From Selaginella moellendorffii (lineage: Eukaryota > Plantae > Lycopodiophyta): 64,000 bases of DNA. Positions within the stretch are counted from its first letter, which is position 1; each line of letters opens with the position of its first letter. This document shows positions 37,669 to 52,290 of this stretch, one piece after another. Location of the stretch: contig NW_003314282.1 of NCBI RefSeq assembly GCF_000143415.4, forward strand, positions 949,374-1,013,373. Direction: 5' to 3'. The notes beneath the pieces were generated by a model that was not told the DNA's origin, did no database searches, and worked only from the letters and a program-made list of their open reading frames with translations. The translations under genes were made by a program, and so were the position numbers.

Positions 37669-38595
37669 GTTTTCCCTACGTGGCTTACTATTACATGATG
37701 TAGCTGGTTACGGTGGGCCCGTACTCGGGACATGACCAGTTAGGATTGAGATCATGTGGCGAGGAGCCCGGGTTGTTGGAGAAAAGTTCTTGATGGACAA
37801 GCAGCGGAGGTGGGATTGAGAGAGGGCTGGTGCTCTGCACACGTGGGGTGTTCACACTAAATCTGAGATGAGGTTAGATTCTTGGATTGTCATCCTTGTT
37901 TCAACTAGGAGTCATTTCCGTCCACAATCCATCTTATGGTGGAGATAAGAAGAATGGCTCTTCAGTTGTCAAGGATGACTGAGGTCTATTTCTCATGCTA
38001 ATGATTTATCTTCCTTTTGATGAATTGATAAATTGTTTCGAGGCAGTGAGTTAAGAAATTTAAAATTGGAAGGGTTGTGATGTGATGCTCACAAACCTTT
38101 TGAGATTGTGAGTTGAGAATTGTGTAAATTGGGGCTAGTATGATAAATTCATGGTTAAAGAACTTGTGGTGTGGCACTTATAAATCTTTTGAACTTGAGA
38201 ACTTTTGAGGTTGTGAGTGTAAGCTAAGCTAGCATGATAAATTCATGGCTAAAGGGCTTGTGGTGTGGCACTTATAAATCTTTTGAGATTGTGAGCTAAG
38301 AATTGAGAGAGCATGGCTGGCATGACAAAGTCATGGCAAAAAACTTGATGCTCACATATCTTTAGAGATTGTGAATTGAAATATCTGAGTTGGCTTGGTT
38401 CTAGGTAGAGAAATGCAATTGTGATGCTGTGATGAGATGAATTACATGTAGATATTATGCTTGAGTGTGCACAAACACCCAATGCATGTAAAGATTCATG
38501 CAGTTTTTGAAGAGATGAGATGGAGGCTAGAGTAAAAGGTAAGTAAGTACAGGAGTAATCGCTACAGAGTAAATTGCAATGTTAGTTTGGATACC
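37669..38595 (+). repeat. Second copy of the ~900 bp repeat upstream of an F-box gene
   Basis: Direct repeat of 17990-18890; a partial re-duplication follows at about 38615-38780. Confidence 0.85.
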
Positions 38596-38848
38596 CCATT
38601 GGACATAGGTTGAACGGGATTGAGATGATGTGGCGAGGAGCTAGGTCCTTGGAGAAAAAGGGGTTCTTGACAAGCGTTTCGGGGATGGACAAGCAATGGA
38701 GGTGGGATTGAGAGTGGCCGGTGCTCTGCATGCGTGGGGTGTTCACGCTCAATCTAAGATGAGGTATAAGAGTCATTTCCGAGAACAAAATCCCTTAATA
38801 AGACTACTTAATTGTTTTAAGGCAGGGCAATATTTTACGGCACTGGGG

Positions 38849-40377
38849 ATGAAAAGGCCGAGGAGCGCCTTGGACGAGATTCAGCACAGCGAGCTGGTCT
38901 TCTTGGTCGATCGGATGAGCACCGAGAGGCGCAACAATCTGTGCTCCATGGGCGATCTCCCCGACGACGTTCTCATCCGGATCTTGTCCCTGCTCGCCTC
39001 CTCGCGCCAATTGTATTGGTGTAGCCTGGTGAGCAAGAGGTGGGCGCATCTGGCAAGGCTAGTCACGCACTTCAGGTTGGAATCGTCCGGTGAGCATGAG
39101 CAACAGGGTCTCCTTTCCTGGTTTGGCAGCAGCAGCAGCAGCAATCTCCGCTCCCTGTCTTTGACAGGTTTTTCAAAGCAGCCACGCTCTTGTCTTGACT
39201 GGCTACCGGTGATTGGAAAAACCCTCCACTCCCTTACCATCAGCGTCAGTGTCGATGGTTTCTGGTCCAGCATTCTCGCCTGCCAGCAGCTACGGTGCCT
39301 CCATATCAACGATGGTGTCGAGCTTGGTGGCCCGCTCACGACCAAGGCAGCAGCTCCAATCCTTCCCGCGCTCGTCTACTGCTTCATACGCACACGCTTG
39401 GACGTGGCCACGACGAAGCAGCTCCTCGAGTTGTGCCCCTCGCTCGTCTACTTCTGGCTGACCCAGCTGTTTGTGGAATCGGCCGGGACGCATATGCTCA
39501 AGAGTCACTGCCTCGACTCCCTGGTGATTGGAACCCACAGGGTCCCCGGCAGGAGCGTTACCAACTTTTCTCTCGCGCTCGACATGCCCAAGCTCCGGTG
39601 GATGTCTGTCACCGTGGTACCGCGCATGGAGCTCTCGCCGTCTACGTGCAACGTGGAATGGGTGCATCTGCATGGGCAAGTGCGAATCATCCAGGGCTTG
39701 GTCATGTCCAAGCTCAACAGGCTCACGCTCAGCAATACCTTCCGAGGCAATGCCCACGTCGAGCAAGTTCTCGAGCCGTTTGTTTTCAGGAGGTCGAGCA
39801 TCAGTGGCATCAAGCAGCTCGACCTGTTTATGGATTCGGCCGACTTCGGGCCCAGATCCGTTAACCTCGCACAGCTCTTGGAGCCGTTCCATGGCCTTGA
39901 GGCACTTCACATCTTTCGCGTCACCATCAAGGTACATTTTTTTTTTCTCAAGGATCGTAGTGTACCAGTTACAAACTTGGACTGCTTTTTGTGTTTCAGA
40001 GCTTGAGCCTCGCGGGGTGGAGCAGCAGGCACGCGCCACTGCGCGTGCACATTGACACCTCCTACTCGAACAAGTGGATGCCGTGCTGGGACAGTGACGA
40101 GATCGAGTTTGTGCGGGAGCTGGTGGTGAGCAGCAGCTGTGTGACGCAGCTCGAAGTAACAGGCGTTGTGTGCATTGAGGAGCCGGCTGAATTTCGGCCC
40201 CGGGTGCCTCCGGCGATCGTGGAGCTGGGCTCAGCGTTCCCCGGTCGTGTCAAGGTGCATCCCATCCGCTTTGGCATGCCACCGCACTGCAAGCCCAAGC
40301 TTGATTCGGAGGCTCCCTACACTGCAATCCACCACCGGTGCGCAGGTTTCGACGAGAACACGGAGGCGTGTGCGTGA
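38849..40377 (+). CDS. F-box/LRR-like protein, copy 3; exons 38849-39931 and 40000-40377 (about 486 aa)
   Basis: Removing the 68-nt intron 39932-39999 gives a 1461-nt open frame; only in-frame deletions (e.g. loss of GIVWRCM). Confidence 0.82.
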
Positions 40378-40801
40378 ACCAGCGCCTCCTGGTGCCACCG
40401 GTCAACGCATTGGAGATGGCGTCGCCTCCTGATCTTGCTGGCACTGAAGGGAGAGATTACAGTGTGGCCGGTTGGCGAACTCCAAGTCGTGAATTTCCAA
40501 GACTTCTGCGTCAAAAGCCGATCGATCTGACCATGAAACTGTTGAATAACGAAGCTGATGGAGACAATATAGGAAGGGGTGCGTCTCCACAAGAAATAGA
40601 AAATCGAATCATTTCCTTTGATATCTAGGGATCACTTTGTTCGTCCTGGAAATAAGCTCGATTACAATCAAACAGTGATCACTTTTTGACAGACCTTCGT
40701 ACGCTTGGAACCTCGCTTGTGTTGCACCTGATTCTTTGCGACCCCAGGAATTCACGTCTTGTTTGCACTTGAAAAGGAACCACGGCAGGTGAAGGCGTTC
40801 C

Positions 40802-41292
40802 ATGGCTCTGACACTCGTCGCCATTTTATCCTTCGTTCTTGCTTCTGCAGTTGCTGGCTCTCGAGTGTGTAACATCCAGCAAGTAACACTGATGTTGCAA
40901 CCGTGTTCCGAATCTCCGCATGACTGGCCAACGCAGGCCTGCTGTGACAATCTCCAGGGAATTGCCGAAGCTTGCACTTCCGAAGTGTTTCTCAACGCCA
41001 CCAAGTCCGTTGTCCTGGTTGATCTGACAGCAAAATGTGAGATGGAACGACTAGAATTTCAATGCAAACAAGGTATGTGCCTGTGGATCAGTTTCTAGCG
41101 TACGAGAGCTCAACTCTCTCTACAGCACCAGTAGCATCAGTGTCAGTAACTCTTGTCCAAAGCCATCGAGGTAAGAAACAAAAGCAGGGACAGCCTAGCT
41201 TCTCAAAATCTTTTTAACGCTTTGTGTCCTCAGAACATCACCGTCATCAGCAGTTGAGTTACTGTGATGGCAATTCCTGCAAATGCTGCTAG
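40802..41292 (+). CDS. LTP-like paralog with truncated/replaced C-terminus; predicted exons 40802-41072, 41126-41170, 41234-41292 (about 124 aa)
   Basis: Same exon structure as the 54404 gene; CxC changed to CTS; exon 3 diverges after LSYC and ends DGNSCKCC*. Confidence 0.5.
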
Positions 41293-43099
41293 AAAGATAG
41301 CTCGATCGATCAATCCAGCAAGAGATCACTCCACCGGACAAGCTTATCGCCCATCAGTCGCTGTTAGTTCTATAGATCCGTGGAAGTGATTTAGCGACTG
41401 TGAATTGGACAATTGTTGTTGCTCCAGTATAAAATTGACGCTGTAATGGTCTGTTCACAATATAAAAACGTTGGGGCAGAAGGTAGTGTTGCCATTTCGA
41501 GACAGCATGAATGACCGCAAGCATTTCCTGCTCATATACCGAAAGTCAAGACACTATCTAGTACTCCCCTTGTCGCAGCACTACACCAACGCCAGCATCA
41601 GTTTCAACAATGAAATGCCGAGAAAAGTTAGGTAGCTTTAACAATGGTAATAACCTCTCCTTTAAGAGCTCGAATGACATTGAGCCGCATCAGACCATAA
41701 TAAAGTTGATGAGTGGAGGATGTCACTAAGTGGTGCTGCGATATAAGCGAAGAATAAACTGTCAGAGATAGTAGCCATAAAAAGCTCACAACTGCTTAAG
41801 TGACTTTGGTAAAGGCTATTCTGCAACCATTGACAATTTCGACTCATCAATCCATATCTTGCCATAGAATCTAAGATATTGAATCGTTTGCATCCCAAAT
41901 GAACACTTGGTGAGCTTGCGTCGAAATGATAATCTCAAGATGATGTAGGTCGAAAATCTGGTTGTCCATTGTTGGAGCATGAGCAGAAGCCTTCTGCATG
42001 GTCTCTCCTAGCATGAGCTTGATTGCTCAGCTCATTACTGACGTGCTGCTTGAAGAAAAGTTCTAAGAAAAGCATTCTTTAATCCCAATCTGGAAAAGCA
42101 TTTACGGAGAGTCACTATAAATAGCCTCAACCTGGTTTTGTTATTTCCCTCTAAACTTGCCAGTGTTGTCATGTGCTCATTTGAATTGCGAAATGTCACA
42201 ACTTCACTCATGGAAGTGCTTGTAGCCGCTCCACTAACTACTCCAGTTGCCATGGTTCTGGTCACTCCATAACAAGGCTAAAGATTGGGATTAAAAATAG
42301 TGGCAACAATTCCTCATTATTGACAATTTGCCCTCAAAAGAAACTGGGAAATCTGGATCAAGACTTGCTACTTCTATACAGAGAGAGTCTGCTATATCTC
42401 GTTTTTGTATTTCTCTTTCCTCCTTTCCCTCTAATCTTTCAAGATCTCCTTCTTCCAAGGCTTCTCTATCTCTTGACACATAAATTACGAGAAGATTCTT
42501 GCTGGGTGGCCTAGCTTCTCTTACTCAGCACTCATTCTCAGCTCACGAATGCAATCTCCTGGCTAACACACCAAAGATGTGAGCCCACTCACACACCCTC
42601 CAAGCAAGACCAAGATTGACCATGCCTTGACTGTGGTTGACCATGAGAACTATTCCAAGAGAAAGCATTGTGAGCCAAAAACATAAGATAAAATTGAAGC
42701 TTTTACTATTGTTTGTTCACATCACACTTTATTGCTTTCACACTTCTATGTCATGCCCTCTTTCTTTCCTTGCTTCTCCTTTTATCCTCTTTTCTTCTTC
42801 CATGGTTTTTTTTTCCCATTTTAGTCTTTCCTGCACTTTTAATTCTCTTTTCAACCTAAGTTCATTCTCCCAAACACAAGAACAATTTATTAGTTAGCTT
42901 TCTTTTCTCTCCATCTTTCTTTTTCTTTCCTTGCTTTCTTGCATTGATTCCTCCATAAATCATATTGTCTCTCTAACTCATGTTATATTATTTTTCTTTA
43001 GGATTTTTAGAATCTCTTTTATGGAAAATTCCCTCAACTCTACCACCTTTCCACCCTAAACCAAAGTGAAAATGCTTATGTTTGCCTCAAGTCCACAAT

Positions 43100-46000
43100 T
43101 TGGGATAAAAATCCAGTTGACAGAATCACTTAAAGAAAATGGACTTTTATACAATAAATGAGTTTTCTTTCTTTTTGTGCCCATACTTGTCATTTTAGAT
43201 ATTCACCTTTGTCATTCATTATACATATTCACCATATCCCTTAGTATAGGTTAAATTCCTTACTCTAAGTCTATATCCTATATTCATATTTGACTCACAA
43301 CATTGACCATATAGTAAAAGTTAGTGCTTGAAATTTGATCTATAAATATATATAAAATAAAAAGTAAAGAGAGAAAGAAAAGGGGATAAAATAAAGATAA
43401 AAATAACTTATTTTTTAAAATGGATTTCCCTCCCTTTTATGCCCATTTTTGGTATTATAAATGTTCACCTTTGTCATTTATCATATATCCACTATATATC
43501 CGTAGGTTGACTTTCTTACTTTAAGTCTAAACCTTGAGCTTATATTTAACTCATATTGACCACATGGTCAGAACTGATACCTCAAAATTGATTTATGAAT
43601 GAATACAGAAAAAAACATAAAAGTATAAAAAAAGATAAAAAAATAATCTATCATTTCAAGTGGGTTTCCCTCTATAGTGTAATTCTTTTATGCATTTTGC
43701 TATGCATATTACAACCAATAAAGTTTTGAACTCCTTTTTGCAAAGAAATTGATATTATTATATAAGTTTATGTTTTGTATATTTATACTAAAAATATTAT
43801 GGAGGATGCAATTTATAGTTAAAGTTTATGGATTTGTAGATCAACAATGATTATAGTGAAATTTTTTACTAATACCCACTTGTCTCTGCCTCCATTCTTT
43901 AGAAAGAGTATATGAATATAAATATTATTGATGTTTAGTAGGAGGAAGAATTACACTAAAATACATTTTTTCCTTATGTTTTACCATGTATATCACAATA
44001 GATTTAGGGTAAAAGAAGGAATTTATGAAAGAATTGATATTATTCTTTAATTTCTTATGATTTGTGTACTTGCACTAAGGATATTATAGGGGACATAATC
44101 AATAGTTGGAAAAATAAATCCTTTACAAATTTGTGGATCTACAATGATTAGGGTGAGGTTTTTTGCTAATGGCCACCTACTTTCATCCTTCACTCCCTTA
44201 TCATTCCTCAAGAAGAGCCCATGAATATGGATATTATTAATGTTGAGCAAAAGAAAGAATCATTTGATATGGAAATTGATGATGAAAGTACACACATTTT
44301 ATTCACTACAAACAATAATATAAGTAATATAAAATTTTTGATAAGATTTATAGATATCTGGATGGATTTCAATAAATGAATGCATATAGAAAAAAGTAAA
44401 GAAAAAAAAGATAAAAATAATTTGTCCTCTTAAATGGGTCTCCCTCCCTTATGCCCATATTTTCTATTGTACATGTTCATATTTATTATTTTACCATATA
44501 TATCCTTTAAGGTAGATTAAATTCTTTCATTTCATATAAAAAGAAAGCAAGAGAGAATGTGAATGACTGGAATAATTGTGATAATTACATTATTGTGTTG
44601 CATATCATAACTGATAAAGCCTTGAACTCCCATTTATAAAGAAATAAATATTGTTATTTAATTTTTAATACATTTAAACTATTTTTTTTTTGTGTTTTAC
44701 CATGTATATCACAATAGGTGAATTTTTGACCTCCCATTTACGAAAGAATTGATGTTGTTTTTTAATTTTTTATGATTTATGTACTTGCATAAAAACTATT
44801 GTAAAAGATACAATCAATAGTCGGGAAAACAAATCCTTTACAAATTTATGGATTAATAATGATTAAAGTGAGATTTTTTGCTAATAATCATTTGCTTCCA
44901 CCCCTCACTCCCTCATCATTCCTCAAGAAGAACCTATGAATATAATATTATTGATACTAAGCAAAAGAAAGAATCAGTTCATATAGAAATTGATACTGGA
45001 AGCACACACATTTTATTCACTAAAAAACATCAATATAAATGATATAAAATTTATGATAGGATTTATAAATATTTGGGTATATTTCAAAAGCTATACTCAA
45101 TTAATCCATAAATCTATACAGAATAAATAATAAAGAAAGAAAGAAAATAGGATAAAATGGAAATAAAAAATAACTTAACTTCTTAAATAAGTGTTTTCCA
45201 CTTTTATGCCTATATTTGTTATTGCAAATTTTTACTTTTGTCATTTATTATATATATTCATTATATAGATTAAATTCCCCAACTTCATAAAAGTAAAAAA
45301 TAAAAAAGAGCACGAATAACTGCAATAATAGCGGTAATTATACTAAAATATATTTCTTCCTTACATTTTGTTATGTGTATTGTAGATGGTAAGTCCTTGA
45401 GCTCCCATTTGAAAAAGATTTAATTTTGTTCTTTATTTTTTATATTTTATGTACTTTAGTTATGAAAAACTAATCCTTTACAGATTTGTGGATCAACAAT
45501 AATTAAAGTGAGAATTTTTGCTAAAGGCCACTTGCTTTTGCCTCTTACTCCCCATCTTTCTTCATAAAGAGTATATAAATATGGATATTACTGATGCATA
45601 GCAAGAGGAAAAACTAACTAATATAAAGATTCATAATGAGGGTATTCATATTTTATTCACTAAAGAACATCAATAAAAGTGGTGTAATATCTGTGACAAA
45701 ATTTATAAAGATTTTGGATGGATTTACTTAATTGATCCATAGATGGATATAAATTAAAAAGTAAAAAAAGAAAAAAAGGGAGATAAAATGGAAAGATAAA
45801 ATAACTTAAGTTCTCAAATATGTGTTCCTCTCTTTTATGCCCATACTTATTATTGTAGATGTTCATTTTCGTTATTTATTACATATATTTATTATGTAAG
45901 TTAAATTTCTTTATTTCATAAATGAGAAAGAGAGAGAGTGTGAGTGAATAATAGTGGCAATTGCAGTAAAATGCATTTCTTCTTTATATTTTGCTATGCA

Positions 46001-46930
46001 CATTGTAATTGGTGAGTTTTTGAACTCTCATTTGCAAATGAATTGATATTGTTCTTTATTTTCTTGTGCTTTGTATATTTTGATTGAAAAAACTAATCCT
46101 TTATAAATTCGTAAATCAACAATAATTGGAGTGAATTTCTTTGCGAAATGCTACTTGCCTTTACTATTTTTTTTGCTTTATATATTGGATGCAATTTATA
46201 ATTGTGCCTTATAAATCCATGTATCAGTAATGATTATAGTGAAATTCTTTGTCAATAGCCAATTCCTCTATCATTCTTCAAAAAGAGCCCATGGATATAA
46301 ATATTGCTAATACTCAGTAGCGGGAAGAATCGATTAATATGGAGATTGATGATGAAGGTGCCCACCTTTATTCACTAAAGAAGATTAATACAAGTGGTGT
46401 AAAACCTCTGATAAAATTTAGATTTCAAAAGCTATACTCAATTAATTCATAAATGTATATAAAATTAAAAAAAAGAAGAAAGGGGGATAAAATTAAGATA
46501 GAAAATAACATAGTTAATTTTGCTCCCTTTTATGCTTGCTGTTGTAAATATTCACTTTTGTCATTCACTATTATATTTATTATATGTTTTAGAGTAGGTT
46601 AAATTCCTTATCTTATGTTTATGCTTTGAGCTTACATTTGACTTACATTGATTACATGGTCAGATCCATGAATGTATAAAAAATAAAAAAGAAATAAAGA
46701 AATAAAAGGGAATAAACTAGAAATAAAAAATAATCTATTTTCTTAAGTCCTTTTATACATATACTTGATATTGTAAATGTTCACTTTTGTCATTCATCAT
46801 ACATATCCATTATATCCCTTGGGATAGATTAAAAAATTTTATTTTGCAAAGGAGAGAGAAAAAGGGAGAGAAAAAAAGAGAATGTGAATAACATAACAAT
46901 GCTAGCAATTGCACTAAAATGTATTTAAAA
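43100..46930. repeat. AT-rich degenerate tandem repeat, period about 640-720 bp, about 5 units
   Basis: Recurring anchors: tttattcact (~44298, 45011, 45652, 46367), aatccttta (~44117, 44832, 45472, 46094), and tgcccata..tgttcac.tttgtcatt-like motifs (~43180, 43440, 44450, 45205, 45838, 46530, 46755). Confidence 0.75.
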
Positions 46931-49539
46931 AATAACAATCACACATATTTTGTCAATTGATCCATTATGACCCATACTTGCTCCTTTTGTTTATGTATTC
47001 ATGAAAACAAATGATAAATTCCTCAAAAACACTACACTAATTACTTTGAGGAATAAGCAAAAGTTGCAAAAGTCCCTCCAACTTCTCCCATAACACCTTT
47101 ACCTGCTAACAAAGCTCACAAAATTTACAATACTTAAGGATATTAATTTTCATATTCCTCAAATAAAAATTGCAATTAATCAGCTCATATGTCTTTTTCC
47201 CCCCAAAATAACCAGCCTCCAAACAATTATACTAGTGGAATAAAATCTAATTAATTAACACATTCACATATGACAAATATGGTTGTTGTAAAAGAGAATC
47301 CCATTTACTAATAAGAAAAGTGCATTTGTCTATGCTTGCAAAAAGACTACCTCAGCATTTGAAGCTTGAGCACAATCAGTCAATTGCTCAAACTCTAAAT
47401 ATATAAGGATAGTGGGTAAAACTAACTTAAAGCATAATTCAACTTTTGTTTATGCGCTTGTCTTTGTTTTACATTTGGCTTAGGTTTAAGCCCAAACTAT
47501 ATACCATATTAGTTGGTGGAGTACCCATCTCTTCGCATTAAGTCACTTATATGTTGAAATTATGCAAAACTCTATTTGACTTTGTTTTGTGTATTAGTTT
47601 TAGTGTTGGGATACTACAAGCTTTAGAATTGTTCCTATGTTACTCCATACTTCTGTCCTTTCGCTCATTGGATTGAATACTTATGAATCATTTTATATTC
47701 ATTCCTTGACTGTATACTTAGAAGTTTGGTTATGTTTCTTCATTCAATGATCCAAGACCCTAAACTCGGGTTCCACTCTACTGCCCTTAGTCCACATATT
47801 TAATGGTTAAGGTTTTGCTCTATAGTTTTGCTCTATGGTTATCTTATAGTAAAACATCATAAAGTAAAGGGTGAAGACCATATGTACTACAAAAACTCTT
47901 CTAAACTCTTTATAGTTTAGGAATGATGAAAATGTTACTTTATGCTCTCATTGTGAGAGCCACTAATAAAGTAGGATTTATTTTGATCAAGATCTTTCAT
48001 TATAACATTGTTAATCAAGTAAATTTCTCAATATAGTCCCCAAGTGTTATATTCTCTTGCTGAAAATATCAAAATTCCATTCAATCATACTCTATGTGAT
48101 AATGAGGGATAAAATGTAGACATAAAACAGCCTTAAACTCATCTATGGGGTTCCTTGTCTATAACATGAGACTCCTCAAGTTAATTTCATCATCAAAAAT
48201 TCACATTATATAAAACCATAAGAATAGCCATTAAAAGTTTTATATCTAGAGTTTTTTAATAGCCAAGAACTTTTTCACATTAGTTGGCTAAGCTAGACAC
48301 TCATCCACACTGCCATCATTGGAAAAAAGTTGGAATTTTGAGTTAGTCTACATAATTGTAATACTACCACTGTCAACCTCAAATGCCTCAATATACCTAT
48401 GCATAATAGCCATTAGGCCATGCATCTCCTCTTGCATCTCTTGTTGATTTTTGCTAAAAGCTTATATCTCATAAACAAGGATAGTTTAAACCTTCATAAC
48501 TCCATCAACACCAATAGTAGGATTCTAGCATTCATCTTAGTTACCCATCACAAAAAACTACTCTAATACCAATGTTATGACTTAGTGCTAAATAACACAA
48601 CAAAGAAGTCTAGCATCACTTAGATTATATTATGCCTCCTCTTTAAGTTCCTCACTACCCAACCATCCTTAAACTACCACAAAATCTTTCACTTGATTAT
48701 AAGTTGTCAAGGTAAATGAAGTTTCTTACTTGCTTTAAGATACCCTTGAGCCTATTTTTGACTCACATTGACCATATGGTCAAAATTGGCATCTAATAAA
48801 GTCCCACTTTAGACATCTAAAAGTACCACTGACGTACCAAGCCTCTTATATTAAGGCCATGCACTATCTTATTGATAGTTTAAAACCACCCATATATCTC
48901 TCAAAAATTATTCCATAAGTGGGACAATTCCTTAGCATCCATAAAATATAATGGAACATAAACCTTTAATATCCTTTTTTTGATTTCCACTAAATCCTAG
49001 TGAATGGGCCTTTGGGCATTAACTCAGTGGTAGTCTTAATGAACACTACCATGATGGCAGAACTAACATTTGAGACTTCCTCACCACATAATTACATCAT
49101 TAGTTAATAATCAAAAAGACTATTTTTTTTCCTTTCCATGGTCAAGGATTTTAAATGATATTTCAAAAGTCCACAGCCTAGTACAAACCTCATAAATACT
49201 CTTCCCACCTTTAGCCACCAGGGTGCCTCAATCATGTGGCTAGAGTGAAATTTTAAAGGGCCATACCAGGTAATGCTATCCATACTTGGATTGGAAGCAT
49301 CAATCATAATGTGTTAAAATCAACCCTTAAATACTTCACCAAGTTCATCAGCAATAGGGTATGGCATCGTCCAAACACATGGCAATGGGTGACACCACCA
49401 CACCATGCTCTGCATACCCACACATTAGATGGAACTGTAGCCAGGCTTGCTCCTTATTCAGTCCTCGCAGCTCGGCCACCTTATGCTTCTTCCCGCTCAC
49501 TGTGTAGACGCGCGTTGACTAGGTAGCCCAACGTTGACC

Positions 49540-50760
49540 ACGAGGCGCTGGTGCACGCACACAGCTCTGTGCTCTCGTTGGAACGTGGTGGATTTCAGTG
49601 TAGGGCACCTCAGAGTCAAGCTTGGGCTTCATGCAGGGCCAGACAATGCCGCCACGCGGCCATCACTGTCCCAGCACAGCACCTGCTTGTCGAGGAAGAG
49701 GCATCGATGTGGACATGCAGTGGTGCCTGCCTGCTGCTCCATCCCTCGAGGCTCAAGGTTTAAAGCACAGAAAGCAGTCCAACTTTGTAATTGATATACA
49801 ATATAGATATGATCCTTGAGAAACAAAATGTACCTTGATGGTGAGGTAAGCAATGTAAAGCGCCTCAAGGCCAGGCTCCAAGAGCTGTGCTATGTTGACG
49901 GATCTGGGCTCGAAGTCGCCCGAGTCCATACACAGGTCGGCTTGATGCCACTAATGCTAGACCTCCTGACAAACGGCTTGATAATTTGCTCGACATGGAC
50001 ACTGCCTTGGAAAGTATTGGTGAGCATGAGCCCGAGCTTGGACATGACCAGGCTCTGAAACTTTTTGCACTTGCCCATGCAGCACCCATTCCACATTGCA
50101 CGAAGATGGCCAGAGCTCAATGCAAGGTACCACGTTGACAAACATCCACCGAAGCTTGGGCATGTCGAGCACGAGAGAAAAGTTGGCTCCTGTTGGGGCC
50201 CCTGTGGGCACGAATCACCAGGCAGTCGAGGCTGTGACTCTTGAGCAAATGCGTCCCGGGCGACTCCACCAGCAGCTGGGTCAGCCAGAAGTATACGAGC
50301 GAGGGGCACAACTTGAGGAGCTGCTTCGTCATGGCCACGTCTGCGTATGAAGCAGTAGATGAGCGCGGGAAGAATTGGAGCTGCTGCCTTGGTCGTGAGA
50401 GGACCGCCAAGCTCGACACCATCGTTGATATGGAGGCACCGTAGCTGCTGGACCAGAAGCCATCCACACTGACGCTGATGGTAAGGGAGTGAATGGTTTT
50501 TCCAATCGCCAGTAGCCAGTCAAGAGTAGCTGCTTTGAGGAACCTGTCAAAGACAGGGAGCGGAGATTGCTGCTGCTGCTTGCCAAAGGAGACCCCATTG
50601 CTCATGCTCACCGGACGATTCCAACCTGAAATGCATGACGAGCCTTGCCAGCTGTGCCCACCTCTTGCCCACCAGCATGAGGGGACGAGCAGGGACAGGA
50701 TCCGGATGAGAAAATCGTCGGGAAGATCGTCCATGGAGCTCAGATTGTTGCTCACTGCTG
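49540..50760 (-). pseudogene. F-box/LRR pseudogene
   Basis: NNLSSMDDLPDDFLIRILSLL..; [41 protein letters not shown]; multiple frameshifts; 3' exon partly deleted. Confidence 0.85.
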
Positions 50761-50819
50761 ATTGATATTGTGGCAGTCCAAAAAAACGTTGTGTGTCATA
50801 TTTCAAATTACTGCAAAAT

Positions 50820-52290
50820 TTGCCTATCAAACTCTACTGTTGGCTCCAAGACTCCATGTTGCCATGGAGCTGTCCTCAATCGACAAGAGCTCCTCCGAAA
50901 ACACATTGTCTGAAAGTATTTGCCATTCATGCTTCCAGATTCATAGAATATATGGCTCATCAAACTGCTTCTCCATGAAGACAGATCAAACTCCAGAAAC
51001 TCATCATCAATGAGGGTGAGGATACTAATAGTGGTGGCGGGCTCCTCCGGCCCTAAACCCTCATCTGCCAGCTTTTGATCATCACAACCTTGGCCCTACT
51101 GCGTCAATGTGTGTCTTGACAATGGGCATTTGAGGTGGCAAAATCTTGGGAGATCAAGGCCAATTGTGTTTGTATTGAGGATGTAACTCTTGACCATAAC
51201 ACGAATCAAGTATTGTACCCGTAGCTCCCAAATTTTCTTAGTGATTCCATAGATGTGGCTCTTTCTTAATGTAGTATGATATAATTATAATAATTTATTT
51301 GAATTATATCTAACATTATCCCCAGTAAGTTCTCTTCCTTTAGAAAAAGACAGCAGGGAAGAGAAAAATCCCCATAGAGCCGATGCTGAGAAAAGAAAGA
51401 AAATGTAAACTTTGATTGTAGACATTTTGCCAGCTTTGCTGTGTTACTGAATGTTGATAACTGCTTGACAAGAGGTGGCAAAGTCTTGAGATCAAGGCCA
51501 AAATTGGTGTTGAGATATAGCTCTTGCCTGTGTCAAGGATGTTACGTGCTGAAGTCTTGTAGCTGTAGTATAGCTCTAATAACTTTGTGATTCCATAGAT
51601 ATGCTTGTGGTGGCAACACTCTTCAGCAATGCATATTTTTGTTTTCCCAACTTTTTTATCTAAAGACAAAATAATTCACAAATTTATATATTTCACAAAA
51701 TTTTAAATACATATTTGAGTGCTGACTCACCACTTTTAATGACTTAGCAAAATTTTATTGGTTGAAAATTTTCCTACCAACCTAAAATGGCCAAACTTCA
51801 AACTTTCCGACTTGTTTTAATGTGTGCATCGATTGGTGCCTGATAATAGTTTTCATTTGAGGTGGCAAAGACTCAAGACCAAGGCCAATGTTTGTGTTTA
51901 CCATTCCAGGAAGTAACAGGATAAATCAAGTATTGTACCCATGAGTATGTGTCTGCTCCCATATTTTTCATGATTCCATAGCTTTCGGAAGCAACTCTTT
52001 CTTGTCTCAACGGATTTTTTCTTCCCCGGTGTCTTTTTCTAAACAAAGGAAAACTTAAAAGAAGAAACTGTGTAGAAATTAAATACCTTGATGATCGAAG
52101 ACATTTGGTCCTGTTGCGCTACCGAGTGCATCGATAGCTGCTTGACAATGATTTTCATTTGAGGTGACAAAGTTGATTCGGTGTTGAAGACATAGCATTT
52201 GTCTGTGTCAGGGAAGTTACTAGAGAAGTTTAGACTTTGTAGACATGAGTATGCATAACTTCTTCGTGATTCCATAGATGCGTTTGCGGT
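50820..52290 (-). pseudogene. 'Gene U' remnant with about 4 tandem units
   Basis: gaggtg(g/a)caaa..gattccatag units at about 51130-51250, 51470-51600, 51855-51980 and 52155-52280; peptides KHIYGITKLLELYY and TLSPQMKIIVKQL. Confidence 0.55.

Noticed and set aside
38696-38848. N-terminal extension of F-box copy 3
   Set aside because: Lies in the upstream repeat; the other copies start at MKRPR.
41660-41900. Possible PPR-like remnant (ILDSMARYG)
   Set aside because: Single weak motif with no 35-aa periodicity visible.
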